Below the pieces are notes generated by a model, which was given only the letters and a program-made list of their open reading frames with translations, did no database searches and was not told the origin of the DNA. From NCBI GenBank assembly GCA_051362555.1, contig CM120642.1, positions 34,100,001-34,164,000 on the forward strand: a DNA stretch of 64,000 bases, written 5' to 3'. Shown here piece after piece: positions 37,925 through 52,000 of this stretch (positions are counted from its first letter, which is position 1; each line of letters opens with the position of its first letter). The stretch comes from Lingula anatina. Its lineage: Eukaryota > Animalia > Brachiopoda. A program made the translations under genes and the position numbers.

Positions 37925-40900
37925 TCATATGACAACATCATCAGAGACATGTAAAGGTTCCTCCCCCAAATAGCCCAGTTTACTTTCCTCTGATGTAGCC
38001 AAGGAGCTGTCATTGATGGCTGTGTCGTGTCTATTGCTGGTATTCTTTTTGAATTCACAGCTGCTGCTGCCTGATGACCATGTGGCAAAATAAACTCCGT
38101 GACTGTTGGATTTTTCATAGTTTTCTTTTATCCTGGCCTTCATAACGGCTGATGGATAGAAGGTCCCCTGGAAAGCTCTCACTGTGAACCTGAAGGAGAC
38201 ATGCATCTAGATTAGAGATGTTTATGTATGTATACAATATCAAATAAAGCAAATTAAACAAAGATTAGTATATAAGTAAAACTTAACACATTGGGGGTAA
38301 AACAGTACTTTGTGGAGTAGATAGCTGGACACTAACAATGTCACTTTTGTACCAAGTCACTCTAAAACAGGCTATAGAGTTACAAGTTACAAGAATTAAA
38401 CTACAATCTCTGCACCACAAACCATACTGAAAAATTGAAAATTCAGCAAGCATTGAAACATAACATATTCCTTGTTTCAAATGTTTTAAAAAGTTTTCAA
38501 TACTTGGTAGTAAAATTCCCCTAGGAAAAGAGAGGAGGGGAGGGGGGGGGAGAGAGAGAGAGAGAGCAGACCTCTGCCAAGGAAGCTGGATCAGTTCTCA
38601 TTACTATTTAAATCAATGGCTGGGATCAAAAACAAAATCTAATCAATTCTAAATTAACCCATTTCTGATCTGTCCTGAAAATTTTCATCAAAATCCATAA
38701 CTTTTTGAGTTACACTATGAACCAAAGGCAAAAAAGGTTATCTTTTAATACAGACATCAGGAAAAAAAACCTGTGTCCAAAGAATTTTTTGCTCTGTACA
38801 AGTCATCTTTCTATGTGAACTCCTAACATTATTTATTCTCTGCCACAGCATACCTTAATGAAAAATATCCAAAGAAAAGTAAAGAGAAAAACTGCTAATC
38901 TTACGTGAGTTTTTTTTTAAGTCTAAAGATCATATTGCCAGTACATCATCACCTTAGGTATAATCAGTGATTAGCATGTGCACTTACCTAGGCAGAAGGG
39001 TGACAGCACAGGTTAATATCACAGTTAACCAGTGGCAGCAGTCTGTCAGACAGTGTAGTATCATATAGTACTTACCTGGACAGAAGGGTGACAACACAGG
39101 TTAATATCACAGTTAACCAGTGGCAGCAGTCTGTCAGACAGTGTAGTATCATATAGTACTTACCTGGACAGAAGAGTGACAACACAGGTTAATATCACAG
39201 TTAACCAGTGGCAGCAGTCTGTCAGACAGTGTAGTATCATATAGTACTTACCTGGACAGAAGGGTGACAGCACAGGTTAATATCACAGTTAACCAGTGGC
39301 AGCAGTCTGTCAGACAGTGTAGTATCATATAGTACTTACCTGGACAGAAGGGTGACAACACAGGTTAATATCACAGTTAACCGGTGGCAGCAGTCTGTCA
39401 GACAGTGTAGTATCATATAGTACTTACCTGGGAAGAAGGGCAACGGCACAGGTTAATATCACAGTTAACCAGTGGCGGGAGTCTGTCAGACAGTGTAGTA
39501 TCACATGGTAGGGGTTTGAGGGAGGTCCACAGGTCAGACACAGGTAAGCAAAGGGCAGAGCAAACACGTAGTAACATCCGACACTTGCCAGCAATACAGT
39601 CCAATGCACCCAAGTCTGAATAAAAAGAAAGTTGTCTGAATATTTATATTTTGTTTGGTACATTTAGCACATACATTTCAAAATTCCTTTACTCAAATTT
39701 CATCTGTAAAGATTTTCAAACTGTTTGGGCAAATCTTATAGAATCAGAAGGTAGCCACAGACAAAGGTGGCATGGGTATCTAGACTTGGTATCTATGCCC
39801 ATACAGAGGACAATAATGATGTTCTAGTCTACGTACCCATGACTTGGTCTCTATGCCCATACAGAAGACAATAATGATGTTCTAGTCTACGTACCCATGA
39901 CTTGGTATCTATGCCCATACAGAAGACAATAATGATGTTCTAGTCTACGTACCCATGACTTGGTATCTATGCCCATACAGAAGACAATAATGATGTTCTA
40001 GTCTACGTACCCATGACTTGGTCTCTATGTCCATACAGAGGACAATAATGATGTTCTAGTCTACGTACCCATGACTTGGTATCTATGTCCATACAGAGGA
40101 CAATAATGATGTTCTAGTCTACGTACCCATGACTTGGTCTCTATGTCCATACAGAGGACAATAATGATGTTCTAGTCTACGTACCCATGACTTGGTCTCT
40201 ATGTCCATACAGAGGACAATAATGATGTTCTAGTCTACGTACCCATGACTTGGTATCTATGTCCATACAGAAGACAATAATGATGTTCTAGTCTACGTAC
40301 CCATGACTTGGTCTCTATGTCCATACAGAGGACAATAATGATGTTCTAGTCTACGTACCCATGACTTGGTCTCTATGTCCATACAGAGGACAATAATGAT
40401 GTTCTAGTCTACATACCCATGACTTGGTCTCTATGTCCATACAGAGGACAATAATGATGTTCTAGTCTACATACCCATGACTTGGTATCTATGCCCATAC
40501 AGAGGACAATAATGATGTTCTAGTCTACATACCCATGACTTGGTCTCTATGTCCATACAGAGGACAATAATGATGTTCTAGTCTACGTACCCATGACTTG
40601 GTCTCTATGTCCATACAGAGGACAATAATGATGTTCTAGTCTACATACCCATGACTTGGTCTCTATGTCCATACAGAGGACAATAATGATGTTCTAGTCT
40701 ACGTACCCATGACTTGGTCTCTATGTCCATACAGAGGACAATAATGATGTTCTAGTCTACGTACCCATGACTTGGTATCTATGTCCATACAGAGGACAAT
40801 AATGATGTTCTAGTCTACGTACCCATGACTTGGTCTCTATGTCCATACAGAGGACAATAATGATGTTCTAGTCTACGTACCCATGACTTGGTCTCTATGT

Positions 40901-43900
40901 CCATACAGAGGACAATAATGATGTTCTAGTCTACGTACCCATGACTTGGTCTCTATGCCCATACAGAGGACAATAATGATGTTCTAGTCTACATACCCAT
41001 GACTTGGTCTCTATGTCCATACAGAGGACAATAATGATGTTCTAGTCTACGTACCCATGACTTGGTCTCTATGTCCATACAGAGGACAATAATGATGTTC
41101 TAGTCTACATACCCATGACTTGGTCTCTATGTCCATACAGAGGACAATAATGATGTTCTAGTCTACGTACCCATGACTTGGTATCTATGCCCATACAGAG
41201 GACAATAATGATGTTCTAGTCTACATACCCATGACTTGGTCTCTATGTCCATACAGAGGACAATAATGATGTTCTAGTCTACGTACCCATGACTTGGTAT
41301 CTATGTCCATACAGAGGACAATAATGATGTTCTAGTCTACATACCCATGACTTGGTATCTATGTCCATACAGAAGACAATAATGATGTTCTAGTCTACGT
41401 ACCCATGACTTGGTCTCTATGCCCATACAGAAGACAATAATGATGTTCTAGTCTACGTACCCATGACTTGGTATCTATGTCCATACAGAGGACAATAATG
41501 ATGTTCTAGTCTACGTACCCATGACTTGGTATCTATGCCCATACAGAGGACAATAATGATGTTCTAGTCTACATACCCATGACTTGGTCTCTATGTCCAT
41601 ACAGAGGACAATAATGATGTTCTAGTCTACGTACCCATGACTTGGTCTCTATGTCCATACAGAGGACAATAATGATGTTCTAGTCTACGTACCCATGACT
41701 TGGTCTCTATGTCCATACAGAGGACAATAATGATGTTCTAGTCTACGTACCCATGACTTGGTCTCTATGTCCATACAGAAGACAATAATGATGTTCTAGT
41801 CTACGTACCCATGACTTGGTCTCTATGTCCATACAGAGGACAATAATGATGTTCTAGTCTACGTACCCATGACTTGGTCTCTATGTCCATACAGAAGACA
41901 ATAATGATGTTCTAGTCTACGTACCCATGACTTGGTATCTATGCCCATACAGAAGACAATGATGTTCTAGTCTACGTACCCATGACTTGGTCTCTATGCC
42001 CATACAGAAGACAATAATGATGTTCTAGTCTACGTACCCATGACTTGGTCTCTATGCCCATACAGAAGACAATAATGATGTTCTAGTCTACGTACCCATG
42101 ACTTGGTCTCTATGCCCATACAGAGGACAATAATGATCACAGAAGCGGTGGCAACAGTGGAGCCAAACTCCCAGATCCCAACACTGCTTTCATGGTAGGC
42201 CTAAAATATAACAATAACACTACATTTGAAATACCATTGAAACACGCCAATAAACATGTAGAATTATAAATAAAGGTTTTTACTGGATTTGAAACTTGGG
42301 ATTTTAAACTTCAAAGTCATCAGCCAACTTACCATGTAAGGCACAAAAAACATGGCCAGACTCTGGTAGACTGCATCAGATATTTGAATAAAGAAGGAAT
42401 AAGGCTTGTACATCTGAAAGTAAAAGTCAAATCAAATTAAAATAATTTCGCTTAAAAATTGTGCTGGATTAAATAAATAATCTATGTCATATAATTTTTA
42501 TTAATGGACTAACTAAATGCAACATCCCACAATCAGTTAGATGAAACAGGATATATTTTGAAGAAGACAGCAACTTACTTGACCACGAGGTCCTTGTTTA
42601 TACAACCTGGGCTTGGCTAGCAGAGTGGCAGCTGGCAGGTCCCTGTCAAATATTCCAATGACAAATGGCGGTGGTGCAGTGAAAGCCACATTGAAAAGCA
42701 TCAGTACGTACTGATCTATCAAGACAGACCCTGAGAATCCATTGAACATCTGGTACCAGAACAATAAGAAGATCAGCACCTGTAATGAAGACATACTGAT
42801 CTATCAAGACAGACCCTGAGAATCCATTGAACATCTGGTACCAGAACAATAAGAAGATCAGCACCTGTAATGAAGACATACTGATCTATCAAGACAGACC
42901 CTGAGAATCCATTGAACATCTGGTACCAGAACAATAAGAAGATCAGCACCTGTAATGAAGACATACTGATCTATCAAGACAGACCCTGAGAATCCATTGA
43001 ACATCTGGTACCAGAACAATAAGAAGATCAGCACCTGTAATGAAGACATACTGATCTATCAAGACAGACCCTGAGAATCCATTGAACATCTGGTACCAGA
43101 ACAATAAGAAGATCAGCACCTGTAATGAAGACATACTGATCTATCAAGACAGACCCTGAGAATCCATTGAACATCTGGTACCAGAACAATAAGAAGATCA
43201 GCACCTGTAATGAAGACATACTGATCTATCAAGACACCCTGAGAATCCATTGAACATCTGGTACCAGAACAATAAGAAGATCAGCACCTGTAATGAAGAC
43301 ATACTGATCTATCAAGACAGACCCTGAGAATCCATTGAACATCTGGTACCAGAACAATAAGAAGATCAGCACCTGTAATGAAGACATACTGATCTATCAA
43401 GACAGACCCTGAGAATCCATTGAACATCTGGTACCAGAACAATAAGAAGATCAGCACCTGTAATGAAGACATACTGATCTATCAAGACAGACCCTGAGAA
43501 TCCATTGAACATCTGGTACCAGAACAATAAGAAGATCAGCACCTGTAATGAAGACATACTGATCTATCAAGACAGACCCTGAGAATCCATTGAACATCTG
43601 GTACCAGAACAATAAGAAGATCAGCACCTGTAATGAAGACATACTGATCTATCAAGACAGACCCTGAGAATCCATTGAACATCTGGTACCAGAACAATAA
43701 GAAGATCAGCACCTGTAATGAAGACATACTGATCTATCAAGACAGACCCTGAGAATCCATTGAACATCTGGTACCAGAACAATAAGAAGATCAGCACCTG
43801 TAATGAAGACATACTGATCTATCAAGACAGACCCTGAGAATCCATTGAACATCTGGTACCAGAACAATAAGAAGATCAGCACCTGTAATGAAGACATACT

Positions 43901-46900
43901 GATCTATCAAGACAGACCCTGAGAATCCATTGAACATCTGGTACCAGAACAATAAGAAGATCAGCACCTGTAATGAAGACATACTGATCTATCAAGACAG
44001 ACCCTGAGAATCCATTGAACATCTGGTACCAGAACAATAAGAAGATCAGCACCTGTAATGAAGACATACTGATCTATCAAGACAGACCCTGAGAATCCAT
44101 TGAACATCTGGTACCAGAACAATAAGAAGATCAGCACCTGTAATGAAGACATTTTAATTTGATAATGAAATAAATAGAAAAAGGTTCTACTTAAATCTGA
44201 TAAGAAAATTAATGGGAAAATGTTTAATTTAAATGGAAACAGTAATTTCATTAACCTACATTAGTCAAGTTAACAGAGGTACTGCAAAGTGAAATTTCCG
44301 AGAATTATTTTCTAATCATTTTGACAAATTTTACCAGCTTATTAACTTACAGTGCTTTTATAAAACATATGTAAAGTTATCCGGGCAAGTCGGTCATAGC
44401 ACCAGTGACCATGGACTAGAAGAAGGCGCTCAAGGAAGCGAAACTTGGCCATGGCGAAGTCTGACGCCATGACAGCTTGCTTTCCCTCCTGTCCTGAGAT
44501 TCCAATCCCGATATTGGCTGTCTGGATCATGGAGACATCATTGGCGCCATCTCCTGGAAGAGAAAAGAACAATCCTTTAATATCAATACAATCCCAAAAT
44601 TGACTTAGCATGCTAAAATCAGATAACATACTATATATATTATAAATGAATCTGTCAGATGATATGTTCAAGTAGGTATTTTCTGTACAAAAATAAAGTT
44701 ATATATACTATTACTTGCTTTCTTTCAGCGGGTAGCTACAGAATGTTGGTACTTTCTATTCAAAATAAAGTTGAAACTGTTCGTTAATGGGCTTAATTGT
44801 ACACAAAAATAGCCCTAAAACTGACTTGACATGTTGTGACACAGGGCCCTGGGGACATCACTATGATAAGCCCATCATAGGAAGCGGGCCCCAGTAAAAG
44901 ACTTCATACAATGAATGAAGTGGCAGTAGGACCAAGAAGGGATTGAATTTGATCCTAAATTGATACTAATTAATTAAGTCAAATCAATATTTGAGAAGCA
45001 ACATGTTTTATGAATATCACTTTAAACACAAACAGTTGGATTCAATAGTAATTTAAAGTAATTATAAGAGTAGAGTTGTGGTGTTCTATGGTGCAGTACC
45101 CACCTATGGCAAGTGTCAACATGTTCAACTGATCCCTTACAACTCTCACCACTTGGGCCTAAAATGATAAAAGTCACATTCATGTCATAAAAACCTCAAT
45201 CAATGCCTTTTAATTTGAATAATCTCTGTGCAAAAGCATGAATACTTCAAACTTAAAAGCATTATTTTGAAAAAAAAAAAATGTCTAAAGAAACAGTAAC
45301 TGATGAAGACAAGATAAAACTGAAATCATCACGTACCTTTTGCCCTGGAGTAGCCCTACATATGAGTACAGAGCTACATAGACTAGAGAGTTTCAGAAAC
45401 TCTTTCACTATACTCTTGTGCATAGCATAACTGAGAGACTTTCCATCTATCACCAGGGCTACATCTGCTGAAGGTTTATGTTTGGACTTGGCTTTTGTTT
45501 TGTGTGTTTCCGATGTGGCACCATGAGTTGAGGAACAGCCATCTTGAAAAGGACCATGACTCGTCAAATCTTTGAGTAATGTTTTGATGAGACTTTCAAC
45601 AACATCCTGGAAATATATATTTGGAAATGTTAACTATTAAAACACATCTCAGTCACTTATGCAGATATCTTTAGTTGTATGAAAACAGAAAATGCAATAC
45701 ACCAATATTGTTTGTTTTAACATCTAACATTTTGGATTTAAATATTTTAAAAACACACTCAATCAATATAATTGTTTACTGTTTACAGGGACAAAATGTG
45801 ATGGTACCATAAAACATAGGGGTTTTTCACAATAATACCAAATAACACTAAATTTATTTAAAACCACTCACCTGGGATTTTGCATTGATTGTAATGAGTT
45901 GCTGGTCAAATGAAATAAGCTTACAAGAAAAGGCAATGTTTAAGGCTGTTTCCTGAAAAAAAAATTCTATGATTATTTCACACACAAACAAAGCATTTTT
46001 AAATGATCTCTATATAGTATGTTAAAACATCTACAGGCCTTGGTCATGTGACCAAGATCCATGGAGAATGGACTCAAACATTGTGTTTGATCATGTTATT
46101 TCATCTTTGAGTACAGAATAAGTCTGTTTTATCAATTATAATTTCACTGATTTTTTTCTACAAAAAAGTCACAAACGTCATCAATTCCTACAGAAATATT
46201 TATAGAGTTTCAAAACACAAAATAAAGAAAAAAAAAGGAAACACATTCTCCACAGAAATCTCACCATTTTGTCTCCTGTGAGTACCCATAGTTTAATCCC
46301 AGCCTGCTGCAGATGTTCTATTGTCTCAGGAACGCCTTCTTGCAGACGATCTTCTACACCAGTGGCACCTACAGGAAGACAATCAAATTAAATGTAACTA
46401 CACCAGTGGCACCTACAGGGAAACAATAAAATCAATTTTATCTGACAAAGCAAAATATGCACTGGGAGGGGTTGAATTGTTCAATACACTTAATGATATC
46501 TTCTTTAGTTACTACACTGATAGTGCGGTGGAAGCCAATAAACTTAATCCTATTTTGGCTTCTGCAAATATAAAGACATTGTTTTGATAAACTTTTATTA
46601 TTGTTTAAATTTCAACATGCTTTTCTTAACCAAAGATAAAGCACTGACAATTTCCAAATTATCTACCAGCTAATAAATAATTGTTGTACAAAATAATAAT
46701 TCTCACTGTACCTAAGAGCTCTAATTTAACTTCAATCTCAAACGCCAGCTGCATCAGTTTTTTCTCCCTGTGTGCCATGGCGCATTCCGCCTCCCTGTAT
46801 TTGACCAGCCAGGCGTGGTACTCCGCGTGACTCAGCACTCTCTTGGCCATCACTAATGTCCGCAGCCCCTGCTTGGCATACTGGGTCAGGTAGTTCTTGG

Positions 46901-48909
46901 AGTTGTTCACAAACTGGCTATAGATGACATCATCTACAATGGAAAAAAACTGATCTAGTTTTTATATGTTACTCCAAGCCCCCACCCCTAATAACTATAA
47001 AATTAAAAAAAAAAAAAAAAAAAATACTGGTCCAGAGTCAAACACATGGACACATTTTTACAACTCAGTATAACTTAACTCTTGTCCTTTTTACATGTTT
47101 CATTTGAACATTATTCCTGATCAACATTTAGTTTTTATCTCTGTAACTAAATAAATGACTACAAACACGACACACTTGGTCCAATATTACAATAAAACTT
47201 ATTTTTTATCTTTTACGTATATGATTCAGGCATATCTTTATTCATATCAAATTTGTCATACATGTTATTTATTTCATTTAAAAGAGACACCATTTCCATA
47301 TGAAAATAGTTATGAAAACATGAGCCATATCATCACCATTTCTGCTGCTATCCAGGTTTTCTAGGACTGTATTATCGGCACCTTTACAGTAGAGCACCAC
47401 CTCGCGGGAGATAGGGTGTTTTACTATCACTGACATCCTCTTCCTTACTGTGTCAAACGGCAAAACATGGAGAATTTCAAACTCCACTTCACCTTCACCT
47501 GTGCAAAGAGTTAATGTAATCACTGGTAATATTCAGACAGCCCAGGAGCTTCCAATATCTTGCTGTGGTACAATAATTCCCAATATGCTACAGTACATTA
47601 GTCAACTTTACATTTAGTTGAAAACACATCTCAATTGCCATCTTAACTACTGTAGAAGCTCAACACATAACTGATGTCAAGTTATATTCCTCCAAACAAT
47701 TTTAACACTCAGGTCATCTAGTATTCTTTGCAATAATTTCTATTTTGAAAAAAATGTTTAAGGCTGTGAAGAGAATCTGCTATCAAACTATGTTACAGAA
47801 ATGAAACAATAACTGAAAATCCTCCCACCTGGCAACCAAATGAGAGCCCTGTCATAAGTTCTATTCAGCAGACGACAGCCGTAAGTACAAGCTGCCTTCA
47901 CCAAGGCCAGCTCATCTGGACTTTCTGCTTCATATCTGGTCTTGAGTGTGTTCTCAGACAGCATACTGGCACCGCTTTCAGAGCCTTCATTGTCTATGTC
48001 ACTCATGTCATGTGAGGTGAGTTGAGTAGGTTGAGATTGTCCAGGGGTGATTGTACTCAGTGTAGGCTCCTCTAAACGTGTGTACCTATCAACTGTTTTC
48101 TTTCTGTTCATCTGACTGTCAGCAAATGTATCTGTGATCAACCCTGACTCATCCATCTGAAATGAGAAGAAAAAGTGATGGAAAATATTGACAAAATTCT
48201 AAAAAAAATACAAATAAATTCCAAGTAATTTTCATAAAATAAATGGAATTATACTGGAACTTGTAAGGCCATTTAGCTACAAAAACTGCATTTTATATAT
48301 TTTACATTTTTGGCAAATACAGTCAATGACGTCCTCACCTTGTCCTCATAAGCATTCGATGATACCACCACTGTGTTAATATTACACTCAACACTGACTA
48401 CATCATAGTCAAATACAGTCAATTACATCCTCACCTTGTCCTCATGAGCATGTGATGATACCACCACTGTGTTAATATTACACTCAACACTGACTACATC
48501 ATAGTCAAATACAGTCAATTACATCCTCACCTTGTCCTCATGAGCATGTGATGATACCACCACTGTGTTAATATTACACTCAACACTGACTACATCATAG
48601 TCAAATACAGTCAATGACGTCCTCACCTTGTCCTCATGAGCATGTGATGATACCACCATGTTAATATTACACTCAACACTGACTACATCATAGTCAAATA
48701 CAGTCAATGACTTCCTCACCTTGTCCTCATGAGCATGTGTTGATACCACCACCGTGTTACAGATTGCCATCAGAAGGAAAAACTCATGAATTCTTCGTGA
48801 TTGTGTTGAGACCGTAACATCCTCAAAGTCTAAGCTCTCTAGGCTCATGTTGGACACCTCTCGGTGCAGTGTGGTATTAGGCTTGTTCAGCTGCTCTCTT
48901 ATCTAGAAA

Positions 48910-48982
<73 letters not shown>

Positions 48983-48983
48983 T

Positions 48984-49050
<67 letters not shown>

Positions 49051-52000
49051 CGTTTATTCTCTAATTAGTTTCAAGTAATTGCAGAGAAGAATGTGACTGT
49101 TGTCTTTGACTAAACTAAGTGTTAGAATACTGATGAATTCACCCTCAATATATACTGCAAAGATTTTAAAATTAATGCTTTCTTTTAATTCAAACTTTTG
49201 TCATCACACTGAGCGTACTAATTCTGACTAACAACACAGTATATAACACCAAATGTTCTTTTACTTTCATATTAAAAATGTGCCTTTTTAAATGTATATC
49301 ATCATCTAACCAATATATTATGTGGTAGCTGATAATGTACTTCACAAACTTACAGAATTTAAGTAGTCAGAAACTTTGGCACTTGGTTGGTCGGCATTGT
49401 TGTATGGAGCAGCTCTTGTGTCCTCTTCTAAATGATTAAAAAAAGACATTGAAGTTACATAAATATTATAAAGATCAATTTTTTTCTTTTATTATGAAGC
49501 AAAAACCTGCCCATGGCCTAAACAGGATGGGGGGCTGTTCACAATAACGAGAGAACGCAGCAGTAACATCTCTTTCATGTAGAGTATGTGGATAATGGAT
49601 ACCCCCAATAGTACAACATATACCTTCTGTATGTGGATAATGGATACCCCCAATAGTACAACATATACCTTCTGTATGTGGATAATGGATACCCCCAATA
49701 GTACAACATATACCTTCTGTATGTGGATAATGAATCCCTCCTATAGTACAACATATACCTTCTGTATGTGGATAATGGATACCCCCAATAGTACAACATA
49801 TACCTTCTGTATGTGGATAATGGATACCCCCAACAGTACAACATATACCTTCTGTATGTGGATAATGGATACCCCCAATAGTACAACATATACCTTCTGT
49901 ATGTGGATAATGGATACCCCCAATAGTACAACATATACCTTCTGTATGTGGATAATGAATCCCTCCTATAGTACAACATATACCTTCTGTATGTGGATAA
50001 TGGATACCCCCAATAGTACAACATATACCTTCTGTATGTGGATAATGGATACCCCCAATAGTACAACATATACCTTCTGTATGTGGATAATGGATACCCC
50101 CAATAGTACAACATATACCTTCTGTATGTGGATAATGAATCCCTCCTATAGTACAACATATACCTTCTGTATGTGGATAATGGATACCCCCAATAGTACA
50201 ACATATACCTTCTGTATGTGGATAATGGATACCCCCAACAGTACAACATATACCTTCTGTATGTGGATAATGGATACCCCCAATAGTACAACATATACCT
50301 TCTGTATGTGGATAATGGATACCCCCAATAGTACAACATATACCTTCTGTATGTGGATAATGAATCCCTCCTATAGTACAACATATACCTTCTGTATGTG
50401 GATAATGGATACCCCCAATAGTACAACATATACCTTCTGTATGTGGATAATGGATACCCCCAATAGTACAACATATACCTTCTGTATGTGGATAATGGAT
50501 ACCCCCAATAGTACAACATATACCTTCTGTATGTGGATAATGGATACCCCCAATAGTACAACATATACCTTCTGTATGTGGATAATGGATACCCCCAACA
50601 GTACAACATATACCTTCTGTATGTGGATAATGGATACCTCCAATAGTACAACATATACCTTCTGTATGTGGATAATGGATACCCCCAATAGTACAACATA
50701 TACCTTCTGTATGTGGATAATGAATCCCTCCTATAGTACAACATATACCTTCTGTATGTGGATAATGGATACCCCCAATAGTACAACATATACCTTCTGT
50801 ATGTGGATAATGGATACCCCCAATAGTACAACATATACCTTCTGTATGTGGATAATGGATACCCCCAATAGTACAACATATACCTTCTGTATGTGGATAA
50901 TGGATACCCCCAATAGTACAACATATACCTTCTGTACGTGGATAATGGATACCCCCAATAGTAAAACATATACCTTCTGTATGTGGATAATGAATCCCTC
51001 CTATAGTACAACATTTGAAGACCATCTTGTTCTCTGTCAGGGTTCCTGTCTTGTCGGAAAAGATGTACTGCACCTGGCCCAGCTCTTCAGGAATGTTCAG
51101 AGCTCGGCATTCAATGCGTTTGTTAGAATCAGGGTCATACATTTCCATGTCTTGGTTGATGAAATAACTCTGACCTAGTTTTACTATCTCCATGGTTACA
51201 TATAATGGAAGAGGAATCATTACCTGGAAATGTAATAACATAACATCATTTTGAATTTGTATTTTCTTACCATCCAAAGCATTCCAACTTGATAATAGGT
51301 CTTACCTGCATTTCTTTACCACCCCCCCACACACCCCATCACCCCTTCATATAATAAACTTTATCAAAATGAAGAGTTTAACAGCTTTTAAGCAATTTTT
51401 CATGTTGTTTTTGTAATATTGAAAGAATTGTTTGAGCTCAAAGAAAAATGATCAAGTTACATCAAGTAACATCAATATCAATCAAGACTTAGATCATGTC
51501 AACTCCTGCTCTGCTTACCTGGTAGATGATGACATATGTCCAGAATACTATGAAGCCTTGGTATAGAGGAGAATAGAGGTCTAAGTCACTAAACTGGACA
51601 TAAATTATTTTGGCTTTGTCAAAACTGCCCAGCCACACACCACTCCCTGAAAATAATAGGAATAAAGAGAAATAGAGAAACAAAGTATGAGAAAGATACA
51701 AAGTAATAACTTACCAATGGCAGAAGAGAAACAAAGTATGAGAAAGAGACAAAGTCACAACTTGCCATTGGCAGAAGAGAAACAAAGTATGAGAAGGATA
51801 TAAACAACTCACCAATGGCAGAAGAGAAACAAAATATGAGAAGGATATAAACAACTCACCAAAGGCAGAAGAGAAACAAAGTATAAAAAGTAATAACTCA
51901 CCAATGACAGAAGAGAAACAAAGTATGAGAAAGATACAAAGTAACAACTCACCAATGGCAGAAGAGAAACAAAGTATGAGAAGGATCACCACACACCACA

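Noticed and set aside
42646-44251. Series of identical 63-aa ORFs as a multicopy small-gene cluster
   Set aside because: By-products of the 85-bp repeat of exon 18; each shifts frame into nonsense.
49575-51178. 479-aa and 530-aa repetitive ORFs in alternative frames
   Set aside because: Shadow frames of the stop-poor 45-bp array; only the flippase frame has homology.
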